Assembly: GCF_963921235.1 (NCBI RefSeq)
Contig: NC_086108.1
Location: forward strand, 28,522,001 to 28,586,000
From: Mobula hypostoma
Taxonomy: Eukaryota
Direction: 5' to 3'
Length of the DNA: 64,000 nucleotides
Each line of letters opens with the position of its first letter. The first letter of the stretch is position 1. Positions 12,305-25,580 of this stretch are shown here, one piece after another. The notes beneath the pieces were generated by a model. The model was given only the letters and a program-made list of their open reading frames with translations, did not search any database and was not told the DNA's origin. The translations under genes were made by a program, and so were the position numbers.

Positions 12305-13447
12305 CAGTAGATTCCAGTTTATTAGAACACATTGGTACCAGTATATTTAGTATGACACTCACAAATTTCTACAGATGTGCCGTGGAGAGCATTCTAACTG
12401 GTTGCAGCACTGTCTAGCATGGAAGAGCCACTGCACAGATAAAGTGCTTCAGAAAGTGATAAACTCAGCTAGTTTCATCTTAGGCACTAGTCTTCCCAGC
12501 ATCGAGGACACCTTCAAAAGGTGATGCCTCAAATAGGTGGCATCCATCATTAATGACTCTTACTATTAATGATCCCCATCACCCAGGATATGGCCTCTTC
12601 TCATTGCTACCATCAAGGAGGTACAAGAGCCTGAAAACACATGCAACATCTCAGGAACAGCTACTTCTGCTCAGCCATCAGATTTCTGAACAGACAGTGA
12701 ACCCATGAACTATTTTTTGCCCTTGCACTACTTAATTTAATTTTTCATAATATATATGCACATGCACATAATATATTTATGGTAATTTATAGTTTTGATT
12801 ATGTATTGCAATGTACTGCTGCCACAAAACAACAAATTTCATGACATTATGCAAGTAATATTAAACCTGATTCTGTATGCTGCCACGTTACTTTGACTGA
12901 CTGTAAATTAACAAAATGATTGCAGATACGTGGGCCAGCTAATGGACTGTCTTCATACAATGCTTCTGACGATTGCATCTTCCAAATCTTCATTTTCATT
13001 GTAACATTCAAGGTAATTATTGATACCTTCAAATTCTTTGTAGTTTTGTTGAAGTCGTGAAGTCATTTCATATTCACACCTGGCTGTTTCTGGCATTTCC
13101 AAGTTAGAATGTTTGAAACAGCAGAGAGCTTTACCAGTTCTGCATTGTCCTAATGCTTATGTCTCACCAACAGTGATAAAAATCGCTGTTTTTTGAACAC
13201 AAATACACACTACTGAAACTATTTGAAAACTGTTCACTCTAAGCATGGTATAATGTCTAACAGCCACACAAGTGCATGCAACTGATGCTAGTTAGAAACT
13301 GTTCCGGTACTGTCTCCTTCCCTACGGTATCCCAGATGAACTAAGGAAGTCCCAGCAATTTTCTCAATTAGCTCTTGTTCTTTAAGAGTTGTCCCAAATA
13401 AGTGGGTGCCCCAATTAACTGATGGCCCAATTCATTGGAATCCACTG
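12305..13447 (-). mobile_element. Non-autonomous Tigger/pogo DNA transposon (copy 1) with nested LINE
   Basis: TA + cagtagattccag...ttggaatccactg terminal inverted repeats. Internal sequence homologous to copy 2 (33150-33668). Confidence 0.8.
12350..12875 (+). mobile_element. Rex1/Babar-type LINE 3' fragment nested in Tigger
   Basis: ttctacagatgtgccgtggagagcattct...aaacctgattctg matches other Rex1-type 3' ends in the window. Confidence 0.75.
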
Positions 13448-14073
13448 TGTGTGTTTTACATCAGTAAAGAACAACAAGCAGTAGTCAGTACTGGCCTGCA
13501 TGCAAAACAGAATCCTTCCCAGCATTCTCCAAATAAGTAAGGATGCAATTAGGAATTACACCTGACACACAGTGCAGTGCTTTTAAACAATCTTGTGGCT
13601 GATCTAATTGCAGCACAGATGGGATGCAGGCCTGAAGCTGGTTTATCGATTGGGTGAAGTGCCTAATTCTCAACAGCTAAATGGAATATTAAGTCTCTGC
13701 TGGCTCAAACCACAGCATGAAACTTGTTGCATTTAAGTGACATTGTTTAGTGCGTCCTTTAGAACAAATCCTAGAAATAAAAGGCTTAAACTTTCCAGAT
13801 GCTATAGATTAATTAGTATCCTTTCTTTGTAACAAAAGCTACTGCATCAGACTCCAAGGAAATAGATCTTAATCTCTGAAGCCAAGTATAGAAATATTTA
13901 TATTTTGTCATGAAAAATCAGCAAAGCAAATAATGCCAGAAAGTTAATTTTGGAGATAATCTTTACCTGTGAACAGCATTGTTTACAGTGGTACAAATAC
14001 TGAGTATGTCTTTCACTTTTTACCTTTGATTTTTACCAACACTCTAGTTTTACTTCACCTTTTGAACACTTAC

Positions 14074-14174
14074 TTGATTTTGGCAGGAGGTAGTAGAACG
14101 CAAGAATAATGCCAGCAATTACTGTTACAAGAAGGTGTAAGATTGTCATCATGGAGGGGACCGCATACATTGCA
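14074..14174 (-). CDS. Host gene exon (101 nt): AMYAVPSMMTILHLLVTVIAGIILAFYYLLPKS (frame B, putative TM helix)
   Basis: tcattcag acceptor and gtaagt donor; unique sequence; open and phase-compatible with exon 20488-20572. Confidence 0.65.
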
Positions 14175-15039
14175 CTGAATGATATATCAGTGGTTTGCAA
14201 AAAGACTAGTAGAGTATAACTGGAGACCAATCAACCCATTGTGTTAATCTTTGAAAGGGCTATTCAGATGGTCCCAGTCTCTTCTTTCCCACATCACTGC
14301 AAGTTTTGTTTTGTTGATTCAAGTGTTCAACTGATTACCTTTTGAATGTTTTGCTTTAGTCTGTTTTCATGGTATTTCTGTATTCCAGATCATTACATTC
14401 TCCAAACATATATTTTATCTCTATCATCACCCCAGCCACCCAATTTGTTTTGTGAAATATCAAAATTCTATGGGCTTTCATTATATACAATGCTGCCATG
14501 GAACCAGTTTTGCCCTATCTACAAAAATGTCATACTATTGAACTTTTCATGTAACTGTACCCACAACATTCTCTTTTCTACGGGGAACAATCTCCCATCC
14601 TTCTCCTATCAATCACTGACATCCCGCTCCCCTGTTACTACAGATTTTAATGCACTGTCAGATTATTTACTTGCCAGATTCCTAAGACTTTGTCACCCTG
14701 GATCTGCTATCATGCATTTGAGTAAATTCACTGTGTAACCAGTTCAGTTGAGAATGTTATGATACGATACACTGCTAGTTCTCCTGTATACTTTGATTAA
14801 CAGATCACTACAAAATAATTACATCAATCAGAAAATGTAAGAGCATCAAACATCTAATCCATGCTGCAAATGCAATGGATTACTAAGGTAATGGTACTTT
14901 ATCAGAGTTGCCATTTTTCAAATACCACTTAGAATTAACACTCATTCTGAAAGTTCTAGCTACACAGGTAGGTGCATTTTAAGATATCTGGGGCGATTTC
15001 TGAGCATCAGTTCCAAATTTCTTCCAAAGACCACAAGTG

Positions 15040-17165
15040 GATTTAAAGGGAATTATAAATGCATGAGAGAGGAACTGACTAAAGTTGATTGGAAGAGGAC
15101 ACTAGCAGGAATGACAACAGAACAGCAATAATTGGAGTTTCTGAGAGCAATTTGGAAGGCACAGAACAGATACATCCCAAAGGAGTAGTAGTATTCTAAA
15201 TGCAGGATGATGCAACCATGGCTGACAAAGGAAGTCAAAGCCAACGTAAAGGTAAACGATAGGGCATATATAATAGAGCAAAAATTAATGGAAAGCTAGA
15301 AGCTTTTACAACCCAACAGAAAGCAACTAAAAAACCATAAGGAGGGAGAAGATGAAATATGAAGGTAAGGTAGCCAATAATATTCAAGAGGATACCAAAA
15401 GTTTTTTCAGATATATAAATAGTATGAGAGGTGAGCATAGATATCAGACTGCTGGAAAATGATGTTGGAGAGGTAGTAACAGGGGACAAGGAAATGGCGG
15501 ACAAACTAATTAAGTAGTTTGCATCTGACTTCACTGTGAAATGCACTGGCAGTATGCAGGAAGTTCATGAGTGTCAGAGGGCAGAAGTGAGTGCAATTGC
15601 TATTACTAAGGAGGTGCTTGGGAAGTTGAAAGGTCTGAAGGTGGATAAGTCACCTGGACCAGATGGACTACACCCCAGGGTTCTGAAAGAGGTGCCTGGG
15701 GAGGCATTGTCTAGGAATGGTCTTTCATGAATCACTAGATTCTGGCATGGTTCTAGAGAAATGGAACATGGCAAATGTAACTTCACTCTTCAAGAGGCAG
15801 AGAGGCAGATGAAAAAAGAATTATAGGCCAGTTAGTCTGACCTCAGTGGTTGGGAAGTTGGAGGTGATTGTTAAGATAAGGTCTCAGTTTACTTGGAGGC
15901 ACATGATAAAATAAGCCAAAGGCAGCATGGTTTCTTCAGGGGAAAATCTTGCCTGATAAAATCTCTTGGAATTCTTTGAAGAAATAACAAGCAGGATAGA
16001 CAACATCAGTGGATGTTGTGTACTTTGATTTTCATAAGGCCTTTGACAAGGTACTGCACATGAGGCTGCTTAACAAGATATGAGCCCATGGTATTACATG
16101 AAAGATACTAGCATGGATAGAGGATTGGTTGATTGGCAGGAAGCGAAGAGTGGGAATAAAGGAGGCCTTTTCTGGTTGGCTACTGGTGACTAATGGTATT
16201 CCACAGGGTTCAGTGTTGGGACTGCTTCTTTTTAGGTTATACGACAGTGATGATGGAATTGATGGCTTTGTGCTGTGGCCAAGTTTGTAGATGATATAAA
16301 GATAGGTGGAGGGGCAAGTAGTGTTGAAAAAGCAGAGAAGCTGCAGAAGGACAGACAGTTTAGGATAATGAGCAAAGATGGAATACAGTGTTGGGAAGTG
16401 TATGGTCATGCACTTTGATAGAAGGAATAAAAACATAGGCTGTTTTCTAAACAGGCAGAAAATTCAAAAATCTGAGCAGCAAAGGGACTTGGCGTCCTCA
16501 TGTAGGATTCACTTAAGGTTAACTTGCAGGTTGAGTTGGTGTTGAGGAAGGCAACGTTAGCTTTCATTTCAAGAGGACTTGATCATAAAAGGATGTAATG
16601 CTGAGGCTTTATAAGCGACTAATGAGGCCTCACAGACTATTGTGAGCAGTTTTGGGCCTCTTATCTAAGAAAGGATGTACCTGACTTTGGAGAGAGTACA
16701 GTGCAATTCATGAGAATTATTCCAGATTATCGTATGAGGAGCATTTGATGGCTCTGGGCTTCTACTTGCTGGAAATGAGAAGAATGACAGGGGAATCTCA
16801 TTGAAACCTATTTGATGTTGAAGGCCTAGATAAAGTGGGTGTACAGGGGATGTTTCCTGTAGTGGGGAGTGAAGAACCAGAGGGCACAATCTCAGACTAG
16901 AGGGACATCCATTTATAACAGAGATAAGGAGGAATTTCTTTAGCCAGAGGGTGGTGCATCTATGAAATTCATTCCCAGGTCATTGGGTGTATTTAAGGTG
17001 GAGGCTGATAAGTTCTTAATTTGTCAGGGCATGAAAGGTTATGGGAAGAAGGCAGGATAATGGGGTTGAGAGGGAAAAGGGATCAGTCATGATGAAATGG
17101 CAGAGCAGACTCAATGGGCTGAATTACCTAATTCTGTTCTTATATTTTACAGTCTTACGGTCTTT
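15040..17165 (+). mobile_element. CR1 LINE, decayed ORF2 + 3' UTR
   Basis: LGKLKGLKVDKSPGPDGLHPRVLKEV; ggtattccacagggttcagtgttggga (RT motif B); 3' tail ..cttatattttacagtcttacggtctt. Confidence 0.9.
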
Positions 17166-18319
17166 ATAACTGCAAGTTCCTCCTTTTACCATTAGAGGAA
17201 ATGATAAGTCAAAATAATGTAAAATCAAACTACCTAGAACTGAATGCCAGTGAATTAACTATAGGCTATCAATGTGACTTACAACAATCATGATTTTCAG
17301 ATTTGAAATTTATGTAATTTGAATTTCATTATTGTCTCATACTCTCTCCTAGCCATTTCTTTTTTCTATTATATTCAAAATATTTAAACTTCTTGGATCA
17401 GGTATAGGCCCTGTTTATTCTCAGTTATACATTATTATATGAATAAACCATTCAGAATCTCCCACTAACATCCTGTGAAATTCTAGGTTTCTCTCTCTAA
17501 CCTCTATTATTTAATGCACTATCTATCTGAACAACCACCATCTTCCTTCACATTGTGATTTTACAAGGCTATCTTAGTCCATCAGTATGTTAATGCACAC
17601 TGATTATTAAAAGTGGTGCTTTTAATAATCGGAGTTTCATTTAGAACCCATAATCACAAAATCAATATTGTTTCATAAGCTCACAATTCCCTTTGGCCAC
17701 TCAATTACTTTATATTTTTATATTTCCCCGAATAGCTTCTGAGTAAAGTACTCGGTAGAGATCCTGGACAACAAATTGGAGAAGTAATGGGATAGGATAT
17801 GTGTTTGTCCTGCAGACCAGACCAGAATTACTTCTAATATTTGAAGGTTAAATGTCCTGTACCCAGTAATCCATTTGAGTAATCACAGCTATACAGCTTA
17901 CAAAGTTGTGGTCAGGTGGTTCAGTACAAACATATCACCTACCTCAACCCAGAGATGTAAAAAAACAAACAATAGATGCAAGATAAATGGAAGTAATGCA
18001 ACCTTCTCCTTCACTCACCTTCCCCACAATTTCCAAAAACCACAGGGAATAAATTGTAAACTGTTGAGATAAAGAACAGAGTACACCAAAGTCTTGGTTC
18101 AAAGACAGATGTATGCCATGGTTGACAATACTCTGTGGGATATTTTACTGAATACCTCGTTGATCTGATAAGTTTCACATGGGAGCACTTATTGGCATTT
18201 TTTTTAAAAAAGGAATCGAGTTATTGAGACAGTAACAAACTCCATCTTACAATTTCTTGTAACTGTTCATTTTTTGAGAGTTAGGCATCACTAAAAGAGA
18301 TGTATTGCACAGCCATAAT

Positions 18320-18908
18320 TCAAGTTCAGGTTCAAATTCATTCTAATTCAGCCATACATATGTATACCACCAAATGAAATAATGTTCCTCAAATCAAGGT
18401 GCACAACACAGTACAAATAACTCACATAAAACACAAACTAATATTACCACAAACAAGTTAACAAATAATAAACTATATTCCAGAAGACTGACATTTAGCA
18501 TAAGGTGCATTTAAACACAAGTTAAAAAGTAAACAATAGAATGCTACTGGTGCTTCATACTTGAAGAGACCAGGGTGATGGCAGGGAGTTCCAGTAATCT
18601 CATGATTTGGGGGAAGAAGCTATTTCCAATCATTAACAATCCATGTCCTAATACTATGGTATCTCCTGCTGATGGTAGGGGTTCAAAGAGATTTTGGGAT
18701 AGAGTGGAGGTATCCATGACAATGCTAGGGGCCCTGCATATACAGCACTCCTGATAAATATCTTGGGTGGGTGATAGAGAGACGCTGGTGATTCTCTCAG
18801 CAGTCCTCACAATCCTTTATAGTTGGATACCTTGCAATTCCTGTACCAGATGGTGAAGTAGCTAGTCAGGACACTCTCAATGATGCTCCTGTAAAAATAG
18901 GTTAGAAT
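18320..18908 (-). mobile_element. Rex1/Babar-type LINE 3' fragment
   Basis: RTAERITSVSLSPTQDIYQECC..IVMD..NSFFPQ on the minus strand; ttcaagttcaggttc tail. Confidence 0.7.
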
Positions 18909-19345
18909 TGAATAAACTCTTCTCGGGCTTCCAGCCAGGTACAGGTATCAATTTAATAGACGTTTTGATGACCAACTCTGCCATCTTCATCAGGACATGT
19001 CTAGTTCGGTGGTATTTATAACTCCTTAGTCCGAACCTCTTGATTGGTTAGACTTCATCCAATCAGGTTTCTGCTCCACCACCTTGTTTACAATCAAATT
19101 CCAGAAATTCAAATTACTTAAAGCAAGAGCTTCGTCTTTGTTAAAATTCTTTTTCCTCTAGTTTTATTTCAATGGCTTCCTTTACCAGGTGGTTTCGTGC
19201 TGTAGTCAATCCTATGGCCATTGCAATATTCTGCTACTGCCGCTTTCTCCGAGTAACCCAAACAGATACATCTCCTGTGCTCCTTGATGTAGGTTTCCAC
19301 CATGCGTCCCATTTGGATGATGTACGCTGCTACACATTCATAAGG
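18909..19345 (-). mobile_element. Penelope-like element 3' fragment (GIY-YIG + pLTR with hammerhead)
   Basis: VIYWIPYECVAAYIIQMGRMVETYIKEHRRC..SEKAAVAEY is a degenerate GIY-YIG. Downstream gtc-CTGATGA-a-gatggc(agagttg)gtcatc-aAAA-cGTC at 18959-18996. Confidence 0.8.
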
Positions 19346-20487
19346 AATCCAGTAGATGACAGTCAACCCAAGAATGAGTTAAATGGTGGGGGATGGGGTG
19401 TGGTGAAGCCTCTCTTGCCTCAATCTCCTCAGGAAATGGCACTTGAGAAAGTAATTATAAGCTGCCTTCTTGAAAAACTGCAGCATTTCAGGTGAATACA
19501 CTCCCAACAGTGTTGTTGAGGAAGGAGTTCCAGAATTTGACCTAGTAACAGTAATCAAGTAGAAATTTACTTCCAAATCAGAATGATGTGCGACATGGAG
19601 AATCACAGATCCTGTGTTCCAATTGATGCAATTTTCTTTCTTGGAGGTAAAGGCAGCAAAGGTAAAGGAACAAGAGAAGGAAAAGCAAAGGGGAAATGAG
19701 AGCTTGAGAGGAGGAAAGAAAGGTCTGGAACAGTGGAGGCAAAATGGGGAGAGGGGAGCCAGGAAGAATAAGAAAGTAAGAGAATGTGCTGAGGTTAGAT
19801 ATGTGTAATTACAAGATAAATGGCAATTATATATACAATACGTGTGAAGGTCTTAAGTATAGCAGAAAACTCAGCCAGTTGCTCCCTTATTTTCACTGTT
19901 TCCTCTTATTTGTTTGAGGGGTAACGGCTCAAAAAATAATATATTGCCATATACTTGTCTACTAGCTCCCCTCAATGGTTGCAACTGGCGATTGTAGGAA
20001 ACAGATCCATTTAATTTTGTTATATAGCAAACTTCCATGTTATAATATATTATTTGTATATGCATTATGTGCACTTCTAAAATTCAACATCTAATGAGAG
20101 CTAACAATGTGAGTCATAAGAACAAACTCTTCAACACCAATACTTATAATATAGCACTGAAACCAAACAGTTTCTCATCATAGTTTAACAAGTCTTATGT
20201 ACAGTAATTATTCATATTTTTTTCATGGCTCTTCTAACTTTTTATTAGGTATCTCCATTGCATAGGATTATCTTCCTAGAAACTGGAAAACTACAGTATA
20301 TAATTGTTTAAAGAAATTTAATTTAATAAAAATCGACACACAATGCACAAAACCTTAAACTATCACCTGCACTTTTTTTCTACCGACACCTTGTCCTGGG
20401 AAACACTCTGGAAAGGTTGACAGTAATTATGAGTGCAAAGCTTTGATGCAAGAAAATGAAAACACACTTGAAAGATACATCACTTAC

Positions 20488-20572
20488 AGAATTGTTGGGA
20501 GCTTGCTTTCCCCAATTTCGGTCGATATGTGCACAAATCTCAAGAGACGGGGGCCCATAATCCACATCAATG
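20488..20572 (-). CDS. Host gene exon (85 nt): (A)LMWIMGPRLLRFVHISTEIGESKLPTI(L) in frame B
   Basis: acttttttacacaag-like acceptor and gtaagt donor; CpG-containing, more GC-rich than flanks; phase matches both neighbouring exons. Confidence 0.7.
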
Positions 20573-21904
20573 CTTGTGTAAAAAGTATGGATATTGATTT
20601 CAAAATAATTTGCCCTGCCTCTTATCCAGCAATATCAATTACTTTTAGGCCTAGGTCAGTCATAGTCCATACTTAAAAACTGACAAATATGAATAATACT
20701 GAACGACAGATCGATTGAGCATAAAGGTTCTGTAAATATGACCCAGTCTCTTCTGGAAACCTCAAGCAATCGACTGCAATTGAGAGACAGAATTTAATGC
20801 TTAACTTGCGAAAGGGTTAAGTTTCAGCCACTGTCTAATAATATAAGGAGCTAAAACAAATTTCAATCTAAAATCACACATCTTCCCTTCAGATGCAGAA
20901 TTATTTTTTAACCTTGTCAACAAATAAAGGATTTGACCTTTCCAAGCATTTAAACATTAAAATGAAAATCTAAAATGATCAAATAAAGGTACAAAATGTT
21001 GCTTTAAAGCAGAGTTATTTCTGATAATAAATACAGATCAATCTGCAAGAAGCCCAGATTGGATAGTGTGGCCCAGACACTTAAAAATGACTGACCTGTC
21101 ACTGAAAATGCAACAAATAATTCCATTTGAAATGCCAAAAAGTTTGAGCTAGTATATGTCAGATTGATACAAAGCTTTAGAAACTCTGTAGTTACATGGT
21201 TAAAAGCCATATAATTTGGGTAGGCCCTTGCCTGTACAGTTTGCCATCCAATTTAGTGCAGCAATGAAATTAATGTAATTGGTTACAGTGCCTGGATTGG
21301 TAAAAGTAAAAAAAAGACAAGATGGAATTGAATTCCTGACTATTATCCAATGCTCCTGCTGGAAATGCCTGTGTGTTGGCAGGACCAGCTGTCACCTATC
21401 AGTGCAGAGACGATGATTAATAGCTTGGTGTTGTACCTCATAATACCACTGAAAAACATCTTGACTGACACAAGACAGCACACTCAGAGGGGGTGAAGAT
21501 TTAATTTCTTACAATATAGGAGAGGCCATTCAGTCCACTGAGCAAATGCTACCTTTCAGAACAATACCATCAGTCCCACTTGTATATCCAGCAGCTCTCA
21601 AGATGAAGATCCTTAATTCTCTGCCATCTATCTACACAAGGGAGTTATAGTACAGCACTAAATATCAAACAAGTGTTTCCACATGTCAGAATCTTATTAG
21701 TTCTTCTGAGATTGAAAAAAAATCTGATTAGTACTATTGTGTTAGAGTTGACATTGAAGACTGCAGTAAATTAAATATTTCTCCAATGAGCTACACCAAA
21801 GAATGACAGCAGGATTCCTGAATGGCCACATAGCTATGAATAAAGTGTGAATCAGAAATATAGCACACAAACTAGCTGTCATATCTTCTGACTATGAGTA
21901 AGAC

Positions 21905-22340
21905 AGAAAAATGCTGTCAGTCAGCACCTACAGAGGGGAATAAATAGATGTTTTGGCCCGAGACCTTTCATAAGGACTGGAAATGAATGGGGAAGAAGCC
22001 AATAAAAGAATGTGGGGAAAGAAAAGGGATATAAGCTGGAAGGTGATACGTGAAGCCAGGAAAGGGGGTGAAGTGAGAAGCTGGGAGGTGAAAGATAGAA
22101 AAGGTAAATAGCTAAAGGAGGAGGAATCTGATAGGACAGGGAAGTGAATGATGGGATAAAGGGAAGTGGGGGGGGGGACACCAGAGGGAGGTGATAGGAA
22201 GATGAGAAGAAGGGGTAAAATGGAAGACAGAATGGGGAAGGGTAAAAAAAAGGGGGTGGGGATGAAATTACCTGAAGTTGGAGAAATTAATGCTCAGGTT
22301 ACAGAACTGTAATATAAGGTGGTGTTCCTCCAATCTGTGA
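21905..22340 (-). mobile_element. Penelope-derived repeat, decayed (degenerate hammerhead ~21947-21980)
   Basis: Same organisation as 8333-8905; reverse complement gtccttatgaaaggtctcgggccaaaacatc. Confidence 0.7.
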
Positions 22341-22924
22341 GTCCTCTGACTCTCAGTCAGATAGTCTGAGGTAGGTCCTCTGACTATGAGCACTATTAGA
22401 ACACATCCAAACACCAGGAAAAATTTCACAACAAAGCAATTATTCAGGACTTTCCCACCATTATCTTTGGGTCATAATCATTAATGTGCTTTCACTTTGC
22501 ACCAACAGGCAGGAATGTGGCCATTCTTAGAGCAGTTAAAGCACAACAAGGGGGTGGAGAGAAGATTAAACACTATCTCTGGAATCAGTGCTGGGACCAG
22601 TCCATAAATCTGCTAGATTCTCAAATTTCACCAACTGTTTGAATTTGCTGATGATGCCCAGACCTACCATCTCTCTATTTTGTCTAAATGCAGTATCTTT
22701 CCCACATCCTCCTTGATGGCAAATAATCCAGATGTACCATCATTCACTATCTTTGCATTCTCCCCATACATCATCCTTGTACCAAAGCTTCAGCTGCCTT
22801 CTGACCTGCAGCCTTCAAACTAACTCCATTTCTCTCCCTGGTCATTCTCTGACAACAGTATTTTTGTAACCTCAGTGATTTTTTTTTCATCTTTTAAAGA
22901 TAGCTATGTGATCAGTTTATTTTG

Positions 22925-23365
22925 GAAATCTCCTAAATCTACTCCTCAGAATCTTGAGGCTATGTCCCCTAGTTCTAGTCTCACCTACCAGTGAAAACAA
23001 TTTTCCTGCCTCTATCTTATCTATCCCTTTCATAATTTTATTTGCTTTATAAAATCTCCTCTCATTCTTCTGAATTCCAGTGAGTACAGTACCAGGCGAC
23101 TCAATCCTTCCTCATAGTCTAACACCTTCATCTCTGGAATCAACCTGGTGAATCTCCTCTGCACTGCCTCAAAGCCAGTACATCCTTTTTCAAGAAGGAG
23201 ACCAGAACTGCATGAAATACTGCAGGTGCGGCCTCACCAGTACCCTGTACAGTTGCAGCATAACCTCCCTGCTCTAAAATTCTGTCCCTCTACCAATCTG
23301 CCAGACCCTTGCCCACTCACTTAACCTATCTATATCTCTCTGCAGACTCTCTGTATCTTTTGCAC
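22925..23365 (-). mobile_element. CR1 LINE fragment
   Basis: ctggaatcaacctggtgaatctcctctgcac..ggagaccagaactgc is homologous to CR1 42730-42880. Confidence 0.8.
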
Positions 23366-23711
23366 ATATTCTTAAGTCAAGTCTTACAATTTTAATGATT
23401 TTTACATTGTTGTGACTTCAGATATAGACACCACACAATGCAGAAAATATTACTCATTATTTCAAACTGATTTAGTGGTGCTGCTTATGCTGTCCGAAGG
23501 TGAAGCTCCTGGACCATGAAAAGACAAATCCAAATTGAAAATTATATAATAATGTCTCAACTTCCAAAAAAATTTCTTGAAGTTTCACACATAAGACGAT
23601 TGATTAAACTCAGAACTCTGAGAATGCACAGGAAATTTATAAAATAGGAAAGAAGGAATGTTTTCTAGATGAGCTATAGCAGAGCCTGTGAGAGAAGAGG
23701 AGAATAAGATG

Positions 23712-23830
23712 TCTCCCCCCACTTCCTTTCCAGTCCTGAAGAAGGGTCTCGTCCCAAAATATTGACTGTTCCATAAATGCTGCCTGACCTGCTGAGTTCC
23801 TCCAGCATTTCAGCACTTGGTGTTTAAACA
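23712..23830 (+). mobile_element. Penelope-derived short repeat with mutated hammerhead
   Basis: cagtc-CTGAAGA-agggtctcgtccc-aAAA-tatt-gactg followed by atgctgcctgacctgctgagttcctccagc. Confidence 0.7.
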
Positions 23831-24279
23831 CAACAGAATCTAAGTGAGGAGGCAGTGATCAAATATTATTTCACTTTAACATCCCCCCACCCATTCCTGG
23901 TTGTCAAGGTACAAGAGAAATTTTCCTGCACTGAGTTCAATGCAGAGACAGGGTGCAAGACTAATTCCTCTGTCAGGGATCCATTTTATGAGGAAAGATG
24001 GCAGAAGGATGAGTTTATTCAGTTTTAAAGAATGCATCCAAAGGATCAATAAATTCAGTTATCAAAATAAGGAAAAACTGTGCAATTATTTTAAATAATG
24101 TTTAAGCTTAAAATAATCTCCAATTATGTTGTTAAAGGTTATTTCACAATTGGAGAAAGATTAAATTTTCACATATCCTTTAAGCCTTTCCAAAATCCTG
24201 TGACAACACCAGTTCAATTTGATATCCAGTCATCTCTTCTTTTACCATGGTATCTAGTTTTCACTAACTATATAATCCT

Positions 24280-25580
24280 GTTTATCACCAACAATGATGA
24301 CACGGCCTATAGTGGAGGTGGAAGAGCTTGAGGTCTGGTGCCAGGCAAATAACTTCTTCCCTAACGTCCAAAGTCAAAGTAAATTTATTATCGAAGTACA
24401 TATATTGTATGTCACCATATGCAACACAAAGATTTGTTTCCTTCTGGACATACTCAATAAATCCAATAACCATAATTGAATTAATGGAAGACCACAACCA
24501 ACAAGACAGACAAACCCCCCCGTGTGCAGAAGACAACAAACTGTGCAAATACAAAAGAAAAATACTAACAGTACATACATAAATAAGCAACAAATATTGA
24601 GAACATATGAGGAAAAGTCCTGGAAAGTGAGTCCATAGGTTGTGGGAACAGTTCAGTGATGGGGCAAATGAAGTTGACTGAAGTTATCCTTCCTGCTTCA
24701 AGAGCCTGATGGTTGAGGGGTAATAAGTGTTCATGAACCTGGTGGAGTGAGTCCTGAGGTTCCTGTGCCTTCTTCCTGATGGCAGCAGCAAGAAGAGGGC
24801 ATGACCTGGGTGGTGGTCCCTGATAATGTCAACAAGACGAAGGAGATGGTTATTGACTTTAGCAGAACACACACCATTCATTCCTATACATTGGCGAAAA
24901 AGCAGTTTCAAACTCCTGGGAGCGTACATCTCACACAACCTCTTATGGTGCCAGAACACATCCCACACCGTCATCAGGAAAGCTCACCAACACCTCTACT
25001 TTCTGAACAAGCTGAAGAGAGCTGGACTATAAACATCCATTCTCATGTCATTCTACAGATGTGCAGTGGAGAGCATCCTAACAAACTGCATCACTGCTCA
25101 GTATGGTGGACAGGAAGGCTCTAATGCGGAGATATATATATATATAGAAAGCTACTGGAAACGGACGAGTGACATCCTGAAGGGGTCCACTCACCCTTCT
25201 AATGGACTGTATGTCCCACTCCCATTAAGGAGGAGGCTACGTAGCATCTATACCAGGACCACCAGATTCAAAAACAGTTACTTTCCCCAAGCAATAAGGC
25301 TGATCAACACCTCCACCCACTAACCCACTAACCTCTCCATGCCCCCAACCCCTACTATATAATTTCCTGTCAGCCACCTTATATACAGTCACTCCTTATG
25401 GACGCACAATTAATCCAAGTATATAAGCTATTTTGAGTATTTATACTTATTGTCTTTATTATTATTATTATGCTCTTTATCTTTTGTGGGTTTTTTGCTG
25501 CATCGGATCTGGAGTAACAATTACTTTGTTCTCCTTTGCACATGTGTGCACGAAAGGACATTAAGTAACCTTGAATGTTT
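24280..25580 (+). mobile_element. Rex1/Babar-type LINE interrupted by an antisense short element
   Basis: ITNNDDTAY..NVNKTKEMVIDF..KAHQHLYFL..FYRCAVESILT..RTTRFKNSYFPQAIRLIN. Confidence 0.85.
24369..24823 (-). mobile_element. Rex1/Babar-related 3' fragment nested antisense in LINE
   Basis: caaagtcaaagt tail; near-TSD taacgtc (24362-24368) / taatgtc (24824-24830); HHPGHALFLLLPSGRR on the minus strand. Confidence 0.75.
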
